From assembly GCA_043827405.1 (NCBI GenBank), contig JBDRPD010000042.1:1-35068 (forward strand): a DNA stretch of 35,068 nt, in the 5' to 3' direction. Under the pieces are notes generated by a model. The model made no database searches and was not told the DNA's origin. It saw only the letters and a list, made by a program, of their open reading frames with translations. Of this stretch, positions 18,706 through 25,818 are shown in pieces (position 1 is the stretch's first letter; every line of letters begins with the position of its first letter). The stretch is from Elusimicrobiota bacterium. GTDB taxonomy: Bacteria; Elusimicrobiota; Elusimicrobia; UBA1565. Made by a program: the position numbers and the translations under genes.

Positions 18706-19080
18706 GTGCGACGCCCATTGCTCATCATGGTCCTGGTCGTTCTGGTGGCTGTCCCGTGCGCTGTTTTCTCGACGGGAACCGGGCAGCTGACCCAGGTTTC
18801 CGCCTATCCCAATCCTTTCGACTCCCGCCAGGAAAAAACCAAGATCGCATATACCCTTTCCGAAGACCGGGGCGTCGCGGTGGATATTTACAGCGTCTAC
18901 GGCGCGCGGGTCTGGAATTGTTCTATCCCCCCGGCGGTACTCGGCGGCCGCCGGGGGGCGAATTATTTAACCTGGGACGGCCGCGGCAGCCGGGGCCGTA
19001 AAGTCGCCAAGGGCGTCTATCTCGCCGTCGTCCGGGCCGGCTCGGCCCGGACGGTCGTCAAGATCGGAGTGATCCATTGA
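18706..19080 (+). CDS. Small exported protein consisting of a signal peptide plus one FlgD-Ig/T9SS type-A-like sorting domain
   Basis: Signal-peptide-like MRRPLLIMVLVVLVAVPCAVFS (start GTG18706; alternatives GTG18673 and ATG18727), then QVSAYPNPFDSRQEK...DIYSVYG...WDG...GVYLAVV...KIGVIH, a clear paralog of the giant protein's C-terminus. Confidence 0.8.
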   Translation: MRRPLLIMVLVVLVAVPCAVFSTGTGQLTQVSAYPNPFDSRQEKTKIAYTLSEDRGVAVDIYSVYGARVWNCSIPPAVLGGRRGANYLTWDGRGSRGRKVAKGVYLAVVRAGSARTVVKIGVIH

Positions 19081-20645
19081 AGAGGCTGATCGCGCTGCTC
19101 CTTCTTCTCCCGTCCGCGGCGCTGGCCGGAGTCGCCGGCCGGCCGGGCGAGCGGAACACGGTCGGCGCCGGCGCTCGCGCGCGCGCGCTGGGCAGCGCGC
19201 ACACCGCGGTGGTCCAGGATGCGACGGCGCTCTACTATAACCCGGCGGGGCTGGGGCTTCTCCCCGGCCGTGAGGTGTCGGTTATGCGCGCGCAGCTCTT
19301 CGGCGACGCCACCTACGACTACGTCGCCTATGCGCAGAACAAGCGCAAGCGCGCCGGCGGCTGGGGCATTGAGCTTATTCGCCTGGGCGTTCAGGGGGCG
19401 GAGGGCCGCGATGAGTTCAATAATGCGAGCGGCGGCTTCGGCTATTCGGAAATGTCGCTCGGTTTCGCGCATGGCTACCGCGGCGTTTTCGATCCGAACC
19501 TGTCGGTCGGCTTCAAGCTGAAGATGCTGCAGCGCAGCATGGACGGCGCCTCCGACCGGATGCTGGGGATGGATCTCGGGGCGCAGTACGGGCCGCTGTT
19601 GGGCGACAAGCTCCTGCTCGGCTTGGTCGCGACCAATGCCGTGGGGATGACGCAGGGCGAGACCGACGATAAGCTCGGGCGCGTCGTCCGCGTCGGCGCC
19701 GCCTACAAGGTTATCGGCCCGCTGTCGATCGCGGCGGATATGTCATCGGAGGGGGAGTTCCGCATGGGTACCGAATATGCGTTCGGGATCACCTCCGTCC
19801 GGGTGGGTTTTGAGGACAAAAACCTGTCGTTCGGCGGCGGCCTGATGTTCCGCCGCAAATACATGTTTGATCTGGCGCTGGTGACCCACCCCACGCTCGG
19901 CATGTCGCAGCGCATGTCGATCGGCTATAAGTTCGGCAGCGCCGTTCCGCGGCCGGGGGAGGAGCGGACCCAGCGCCAGACGCGCTACGCCCAGGAATAC
20001 CTCAACAATGCCAAGACGGAGCTCAAGAAGAGCAACTATCTGCGGGCATCGAGGGATCTTGATACCGCGCTGGGCATCGACCCGCGCATCGAGAACGGGG
20101 AATGGACCGCGCAGGCCGTGCGGCTGCGCCGGCTGGTTAAGGAACTCGATCTCGCCGGGCACGAGGAGGACGTCGCCGAGCTGGCGCAGGAGAGCAAGGC
20201 GGCCAAGATCGCGCAGAGCGCGATCAGCGCGTATCTCGACGGCGAGGACGACCGGGCGATGCTTTATGCGCACGTGGCGCGCGGCTCGGCTCCGCGCAGC
20301 GCCGCCTACCGGCGCCTGCTGGAGGGGATGGCCAAGATCACGGACCGCAAGATCGAGCGCGACCAGATTATGCCCCCGGAACGGCTGGTGGCGCTCAAGA
20401 TGAAGCAGGGGATGGATGCGGTCTATGCCCGCCGCTTCGCGATCGCGACCGAGGTTTTGCGCGAGGCGCTGTGGCTTGATCCGACCAACGCGCTCGCCTA
20501 TACCCGGCTCGGTTCCGCGCTCTACGCCATGGGCGACCGGGTGCGGGCCCGCCAGGCCTGGCTGAAGGCGCTGGAGCTTGATCCCGCCAACGAGAACCTG
20601 CGCCGCTTCATGGCGCAGCAGCAGATCGAGACGGGCGGGCAATAA
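19077..20645 (+). CDS. PorV/PorQ-family (FadL-like) outer-membrane beta-barrel protein with C-terminal TPR domain
   Basis: Signal peptide MKRLIALLLLLPSAALA. PorV/FadL N-terminal signature GARARALGSAHTAVVQDATALYYNPAGL. Alternating beta-strands ending MSIGYKF (~19935), then TPR-like helices (ALWLDPTNALAYTRLGSALYAMGD...ALELDPAN). The TTG start overlaps the upstream TGA. Confidence 0.85.
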   Translation: MKRLIALLLLLPSAALAGVAGRPGERNTVGAGARARALGSAHTAVVQDATALYYNPAGLGLLPGREVSVMRAQLFGDATYDYVAYAQNKRKRAGGWGIELIRLGVQGAEGRDEFNNASGGFGYSEMSLGFAHGYRGVFDPNLSVGFKLKMLQRSMDGASDRMLGMDLGAQYGPLLGDKLLLGLVATNAVGMTQGETDDKLGRVVRVGAAYKVIGPLSIAADMSSEGEFRMGTEYAFGITSVRVGFEDKNLSFGGGLMFRRKYMFDLALVTHPTLGMSQRMSIGYKFGSAVPRPGEERTQRQTRYAQEYLNNAKTELKKSNYLRASRDLDTALGIDPRIENGEWTAQAVRLRRLVKELDLAGHEEDVAELAQESKAAKIAQSAISAYLDGEDDRAMLYAHVARGSAPRSAAYRRLLEGMAKITDRKIERDQIMPPERLVALKMKQGMDAVYARRFAIATEVLREALWLDPTNALAYTRLGSALYAMGDRVRARQAWLKALELDPANENLRRFMAQQQIETGGQ

Positions 20646-20690
20646 AATGGCAACGCGAATAGAGGAAAATATCGGTGCCGGGAGTGAGCG

Positions 20691-23174
20691 ATGGAGATCG
20701 TAATCTTCGTCCTCATTCCCGTGGTGTTTCTGGTGCTGGCGTCCAGCATGCTGGTGGTCAGCCAGGTGTCGAGCCTGTTTCAGACGACCCGGTATTCCAA
20801 GAAACGCCGGCTCGACCGCGAGAACATCGAGCGCAACCTGCTGAAGCTGGCGGTCGAGAAGGCGCGGGTGGCGCGGCGCAGCAAGCAGTTGGAGGGGTTG
20901 TCCAAGCGGCTGCAGGCAACCAATGTGGACCTGGATCGGCTTAACAGCATGAAAACAAAATTTCTTTCCATGGCGGTTCATGATATGCGCACCCCGCTGG
21001 CCTCGATTAAGGGCTTCGGCGAGATGCTCAGCCGCCAGCAGCTCGCGGGTACGCAGAAGAAATACGTCGACTACATCGTCCGCGGTACCGACCAGATCAA
21101 CCGCTTGATGGCCGATCTCACCGACCTCGCGGTTATTGAAGCCGGCAAGCTGAAGATGGAAAAGGTGCCATTCCAGCTTTCGGACCTGCTCCAGGACATC
21201 GTGCCGCCGATCCAGGTGATCGCGGAAAAAGCCGGCGTGGAATTTATACCGCCGGAAGATCCGAAGGAAGTAACCATTATCGGCGACAAGTTCCGTCTGG
21301 GCCAGGCGCTCAATAACTTTCTTAACAACGCCTGCAAGTTTACCCCCGCGGGAGGCCGGTTCGAGCTGATCATCAAGGCGATCGGCCGCACCGTCACCTT
21401 CGGCGTCAAGGATACGGGCCCCGGCATCGACCGCTCGGAGGTCGAGTTTGTTTTCGAGAAGTTCTACCAGTCGAAGTACACCAAAAAGGCGGACAAGAAG
21501 AAGGGCTGGGGGCTGGGGCTGTCGATCACCCAGGAGATAGTGCGCGCGCACTTCGGCGATATCGGCGTGGACTCGCCGGGCCTCGGAAAGGGGTCGACGT
21601 TCTGGTGCAGTATCCCGCTCAAGCCGCCGCGGCAGGCGCGGCTGCCGGTTGCGGTCGCGGCGCTGCTGCTGGCCCTGGGACTCGCGGCGGCGCCGCTGCG
21701 GGCGGCGGACCTCATGCCGCTTGAGGAGAAGGCGCGCTATGAGGCGGCGCTCGAGCAGAAGGCGGAGTCGGTGCTACTGCGTATTCTGGGGCCGAACCGG
21801 GCGCGGGTGGTGGTGAACGCGACTTTGGACTTTACCCGGACCGAGCGCTTCGACGTCAAAAGCGGCGGTGCGGAAGACCAAAACGCGGCGTCCTTGTACC
21901 TGTGGCAGAGCGTCGGCGCCGAGGGAGCGGGCCGCTCGCAGCTGCTGCCCGGCATCCCGTCGCCGGAGACGGTGCCGGCATTGACCGAATCCAAGTCCTA
22001 TGAGCGCTCCAACACCTTCCCCACGTCGTTTATCAAGAAGCTGGAGGTCACTATTATTTATGACGACAGCGTTCCCCTGGAAAGGATCGACGCTATCAAT
22101 AAAATTATTCCCGACGTCCTCAATATGGAAACAGGCCCGCCGCGCGAGGATATGCTGAGCTTCGCCCGGTCTCCTTTCCAGCCGGCCTGGAAAACGATCT
22201 GGTACACGCCGGAGTCGGCCAGCCTGCTGTTTAAGTACGGCATTATCAGCCTCATGACCCTGATCACCCTGCTGGTGGTGGCGGCCTGCTTCCTTAAGCT
22301 GGCCGATGCGATGGACTCCATGGCGCAGTCCCAGTCCAACCAGCTGAAGATGGATATCGGCGATGAGGGCGAGCCGATCGAGACCGACGCGGAAGGCGCC
22401 GAAAAGAAGGATGGGGAGGGCGATGGGCCGCCGCCGGAGAGTCAGATCATAATCAACGTCCACCTGAGCCAGGTCGACACCCTGCTTGAGATCCTGTCCC
22501 GCCAGGACCCGGAGAATATCGCGCTGATCGTCGCGCATCTCAAGCCGGAGGTCAAGAAGGCCTTCCTGCGGCGCCTGCCTCCCGAGATTTACAGCCGCGT
22601 GCTGATGAACCTCGGCAAGATCAAATTCATGGAGCCGGATACGGTCGCTACCGTAAAGGACGAGCTCGAGCGCCGCTTGGAAAGCGCGGTGGGAGGCCAC
22701 GGCAAGCTGCTGGAGATGATCGAGGATTCGGATTTGCGGTCCAAGAAAGAGCTGCTCCATCTGCTGGAGCAGCGTGAGCCGGAGCTGGCGAAGATCGTCC
22801 GCTCGCGGATCCTGCTGTTTGAGGATCTATTGAACCTCCTGCCTAAGGAGTGGTCGATCGTTCTTGGTTCGGTATCGCTCGAGGACTGGGGCGCCGCGCT
22901 CTACGACAGCGACGACGTGATGCGCGAGGCGGTGCAGGCGCAGATGCTGCCGAAGACCTGGAGCATTCTGTCGCAGATGATGGACGTCGCCAAATCAACC
23001 GCCGCCGCCGGCGACCAGGCGCGCGAGCGCATCGTGGAGACGGTGGCCCGGCTGGCCGCCGAGGCCCGCATCGGCAATCCCGGACTTCGCAAGGCGGCGC
23101 AAGCCGATGCGCTGGACGGCGTGGCGCCGCTTTTAGAGGAAGCGCTGGGGGAGAGTTCGGTCGAGACGGGATAA
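20691..23174 (+). CDS. Membrane fusion protein: sensor histidine kinase (HisKA + HATPase_c) + FliF C-terminal ring-like periplasmic domain + FliG middle/C-terminal-like domain
   Basis: GGAG RBS. N-terminal TM, H-box SMAVHDMRTPL (H97), N-box NFLNNACKFT, G1 DTGPGI, F-box FEKFYQ, G2 GWGLGLSI. Hydrophobic segment ~21640-21705. FliF-C-like LEQKAESVLLRILGPNRARVVVNATLDF...IKKLEVTIIYD...REDMLSFARSPF. TM at ~22220-22300. FliG-like QDPENIALIVAHL...VGG...EPELAKIVRSRILLFEDL. Confidence 0.8.
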   Translation: MEIVIFVLIPVVFLVLASSMLVVSQVSSLFQTTRYSKKRRLDRENIERNLLKLAVEKARVARRSKQLEGLSKRLQATNVDLDRLNSMKTKFLSMAVHDMRTPLASIKGFGEMLSRQQLAGTQKKYVDYIVRGTDQINRLMADLTDLAVIEAGKLKMEKVPFQLSDLLQDIVPPIQVIAEKAGVEFIPPEDPKEVTIIGDKFRLGQALNNFLNNACKFTPAGGRFELIIKAIGRTVTFGVKDTGPGIDRSEVEFVFEKFYQSKYTKKADKKKGWGLGLSITQEIVRAHFGDIGVDSPGLGKGSTFWCSIPLKPPRQARLPVAVAALLLALGLAAAPLRAADLMPLEEKARYEAALEQKAESVLLRILGPNRARVVVNATLDFTRTERFDVKSGGAEDQNAASLYLWQSVGAEGAGRSQLLPGIPSPETVPALTESKSYERSNTFPTSFIKKLEVTIIYDDSVPLERIDAINKIIPDVLNMETGPPREDMLSFARSPFQPAWKTIWYTPESASLLFKYGIISLMTLITLLVVAACFLKLADAMDSMAQSQSNQLKMDIGDEGEPIETDAEGAEKKDGEGDGPPPESQIIINVHLSQVDTLLEILSRQDPENIALIVAHLKPEVKKAFLRRLPPEIYSRVLMNLGKIKFMEPDTVATVKDELERRLESAVGGHGKLLEMIEDSDLRSKKELLHLLEQREPELAKIVRSRILLFEDLLNLLPKEWSIVLGSVSLEDWGAALYDSDDVMREAVQAQMLPKTWSILSQMMDVAKSTAAAGDQARERIVETVARLAAEARIGNPGLRKAAQADALDGVAPLLEEALGESSVETG

Positions 23175-23194
23175 GACAACCGGAGTAAGACAAC

Positions 23195-24364
23195 ATGGCT
23201 GACAAAGTAGATAGTCTTCTCGCCAGCTTGCGGGGCGAGGAGCCGGAACCCGAACTGGAACCACCCGTTGACGCGCCGCCCCCCATGGCGGAGGCCGCGG
23301 CGCAGGCGCCGGTGGCGGATCTGGGGCCCATTGAAGAGAAGATAGCGGCGCTGGAGGCGCAGATCGCGGCGCTGCAGGCGCCGCCGCCCCTGGAGGAGCC
23401 GCCGCCCTTAGAGGAGATGCCGCCGCCCCTGGAGGAGCCGCCGCCGGAACCGCCGGAGCCGCCGACCCAGCTGACGATGTTCCTGCAGACGCGCATGGAG
23501 CTCCTGGAGCGGAAGCTTGAGATGTCTCAGCGCGACGCGGTACGTGCCAATATGATCCTGCGCGAGCGTGAGGATGCCCAGCGCCGTGCGCAGAAGGAGG
23601 TGGAGGACTTGTTTCGCCGCATCCGCGAACAGCAGCGCTCCGCCAGCTTCGATCAGGAGCTGCGCCGGAACTATACCGCTTCGCAGGCGCGCGTTGAGGA
23701 GCTGCAGCAGCGCTTGGCGCTGGCGGAGCTGCGCATGGTGCCGGCGGAGGATGTATTGCGCAGCTTCGAGGGAGAGGAAGGGCGCGCTGAGCTTGAACGG
23801 CGTCTGCGCATACAGCTGGCGAAGGCGGAAGCGGGTACGGCTATAGGCAAAATCGAGCCGTCCCGTCCCGCCGAAGGCGGGACGACCCCGGCCGACAAAC
23901 CCCTGCCTCCTACCGAAAAAATGATCGCGGCGCCCATCGGCGGCGACATTGAATCCATTTCGGTGCTGCTGGGGCGCATCGCGGACTTGGAAGCCCGCCT
24001 GGAGGAATCCGCCGAAGAGCGGGAGAAGGAGCGGCAGGAGCGAAAGCGCTGGGAAGGGAATATGCTGGAGTCGCTCAAAAGCACGCGCCGTCAGTGGCAG
24101 AAGACCGGCGGTCCGGAGCTCCTGGTGGAGGCCGCGTTGGAGACTATGGTAGATTCTGTTAAGGAGCGGGATCGCCTACAGTTGGATATGGGCAAGCTGG
24201 TTATGATGCTCCAGGATGAGCCGCCGGACTCAAGGCGAACGCCGGCACTGCGGGCGCGGCTCGCCGAATATCAGAACAAGATGCGGGAGCTGCAAGAGAA
24301 GCTCGACAAGCAAACGGCGCTTATTGAGGCCTGGGTGAAGCGCAGCAAGGAAGCGGGGCAATGA
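23195..24364 (+). CDS. Hypothetical cytoplasmic coiled-coil protein with Pro/Glu-rich N-terminus
   Basis: 389-aa ORF with GGAG RBS at 23182-23185 and high-GC3 codons. Heptad-rich helical segments (IEEKIAALEAQIAALQ, LGRIADLEARLEE, LAEYQNKMRELQEKL). No TM or signal peptide. Its stop is 1 nt before motA. Confidence 0.75.
   Translation: MADKVDSLLASLRGEEPEPELEPPVDAPPPMAEAAAQAPVADLGPIEEKIAALEAQIAALQAPPPLEEPPPLEEMPPPLEEPPPEPPEPPTQLTMFLQTRMELLERKLEMSQRDAVRANMILREREDAQRRAQKEVEDLFRRIREQQRSASFDQELRRNYTASQARVEELQQRLALAELRMVPAEDVLRSFEGEEGRAELERRLRIQLAKAEAGTAIGKIEPSRPAEGGTTPADKPLPPTEKMIAAPIGGDIESISVLLGRIADLEARLEESAEEREKERQERKRWEGNMLESLKSTRRQWQKTGGPELLVEAALETMVDSVKERDRLQLDMGKLVMMLQDEPPDSRRTPALRARLAEYQNKMRELQEKLDKQTALIEAWVKRSKEAGQ
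23381..23464 (+). repeat. In-frame tandem repeat encoding PPPLEE x3 followed by PPPEPPEPP
   Basis: ccgccgcccctggaggag / ccgccgcccttagaggag / (atg)ccgccgcccctggaggag read directly from the sequence. Confidence 0.8.
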
Positions 24365-24365
24365 T

Positions 24366-25103
24366 ATGGATCCATCGACACTAATCGGCGCCGTCGGCTG
24401 CGTCACGCTTATTGTTCTCGGCGCGGCGACCGGGGAGCTCTCCAAGGTCTTTCTCAACTGGCACGGCATCATTATTGTTTTCGGCGGAACGATAAGCGCG
24501 TTGTTTATCAATACTCCGCTGATCTATATTCGTGAGCTGATGAGCATGTCGCTGTCGCTGTGGCGCCGGGGCAGCCATGAGAAGGTGGAGACCCTCATCC
24601 CGGAGATCACGCGCATCGCCGAGCAGGTGCAGACCGGCGGCCTGGGGGTGCTGCGCAATATCGACACCAAGGCGGCCGGAGGCTACCTGTCGTCCGCCGC
24701 TACCACCGCCCTGGAATACAATAATCCCGAGTTTGTACGCACCGTTCTGGAGAATGAGGTCAATGCCCAGGTCGACCGGGCCAACGAGGTCATCAATGTC
24801 GTTCGGACCGCGGGCGTCGTTGCGCCCATGTTCGGACTGATCGGGACCTTGGTCGGAATTATCAAGGTCTTGGCCAATATCGCCGACCCCAAAACCTCGA
24901 TGGCCTATATGGCGATCGCGATCACGTCGGCGTTTTACGGCATTCTGCTGGCCAATGTCTTCTGTATCCCGGTCGCGGGCAAGCTCCGGCTGCGTTTATG
25001 GGAGGAGCTCAAGATCAAGGCGATTGTGATCGAGGGCGTTATCGGCATGATGAAAGGGACCGTTCCGCTGGTCCTGGAGCGCAAGCTGCATTCCTTCAAG
25101 TAG
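24366..25103 (+). CDS. motA: MotA/PomA-family stator (ion-motor) A subunit
   Basis: 245 aa with 4 TMs. N-terminal MDPSTLIG, IVFGGT, APMFGLIGTLVGII and MAIAITSAFYGILLANVFCIPVAGKL all match PomA/MotA consensus motifs. Confidence 0.85.
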   Translation: MDPSTLIGAVGCVTLIVLGAATGELSKVFLNWHGIIIVFGGTISALFINTPLIYIRELMSMSLSLWRRGSHEKVETLIPEITRIAEQVQTGGLGVLRNIDTKAAGGYLSSAATTALEYNNPEFVRTVLENEVNAQVDRANEVINVVRTAGVVAPMFGLIGTLVGIIKVLANIADPKTSMAYMAIAITSAFYGILLANVFCIPVAGKLRLRLWEELKIKAIVIEGVIGMMKGTVPLVLERKLHSFK

Positions 25104-25105
25104 AC

Positions 25106-25804
25106 ATGGCTATCTATAAGTTCCGCAAGGACGAACTCGACAACGCGCTCAACAAGAACGCGATTTGGGCGATCGTCTACGGGGACATGATGAGCTATTT
25201 AATGATCTTGTTCCTGATGATGCTGTCCTACAGCATCAGCAAGGACATCGATCGCAAGTCGAAGACGTTCGAGGAAGCGCTCAATGAAGTGCAGGTGGTT
25301 TTCGGCGGCAAGATAGATAAAAAAGTGGCGGATCGCATCCAGGCGCGCGACAAAGAGTTCGTCTATATCGAGACCATGAAGCAGGGCGCGGAGGACGGGA
25401 AGTTCGGCGATGAGGCCTCGGTCATCGTCAGCGAGCTTAGCATTCAGCTGAACCTCGGCTCCGGAATTCTATTTGATTCGGGCGAGGCCACGCTTAAGCA
25501 GGATGCCCTGCCCAAGCTGGAAGTCGTCGCCAAGAACATGCTTAACGTTAAGAACGAGATCCGCGTCGAGGGGCATACCGATTCCGTGCCGATCGGCAAG
25601 CGCATGGGCTTCAAGTCCAACTGGGAGCTGTCGATGGCGCGCGCCTATTCCGTTATTCGGGCTCTGGAGGGCTTCGGCGTCGATCCCAAAAGGCTGTCCG
25701 GGGTCGGCTACGGCGAGCACCGCCCCGCCGGCGACAACAGCACCGCGGCGGGCCGGTCGCAGAACCGGCGTATCAGCATCGACCTGCTGCGCATCGGGCA
25801 GTAG
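25106..25804 (+). CDS. motB: MotB/PomB-family stator B subunit with OmpA-like peptidoglycan-binding domain
   Basis: Probable start ATG25106, 2 nt after the motA stop. WAIVYGDMMSYLMILF TM with the conserved Asp (D27). OmpA-C motifs ILFDSGEATL, VEGHTDS, SNWELSMARA, GYGEHRP and NRRISI. Confidence 0.88.
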   Translation: MAIYKFRKDELDNALNKNAIWAIVYGDMMSYLMILFLMMLSYSISKDIDRKSKTFEEALNEVQVVFGGKIDKKVADRIQARDKEFVYIETMKQGAEDGKFGDEASVIVSELSIQLNLGSGILFDSGEATLKQDALPKLEVVAKNMLNVKNEIRVEGHTDSVPIGKRMGFKSNWELSMARAYSVIRALEGFGVDPKRLSGVGYGEHRPAGDNSTAAGRSQNRRISIDLLRIGQ

Positions 25805-25818
25805 CGCCCCCTCTTTCC

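Noticed and set aside
24998..25105. ORF-track start for motB at 24998
   Set aside because: It would overlap motA by about 100 nt. ATG25106 directly after the motA stop gives a normal MotB N-terminus.
24366..25804. Zorya ZorAB anti-phage motor or ExbBD/TolQR
   Set aside because: The A subunit is a compact 245-aa PomA/MotA type with no long ZorA tail, and no ZorC/D/E is nearby. The B subunit has a MotB TM motif and an OmpA-like domain, unlike ExbD/TolR.
20691..25804. Ordinary flagellar operon
   Set aside because: No fliE/H/I/M/N, flg, flh or che genes are in the window, and FliF/FliG are truncated and fused to a kinase. Flagellar genes elsewhere in the genome cannot be excluded.
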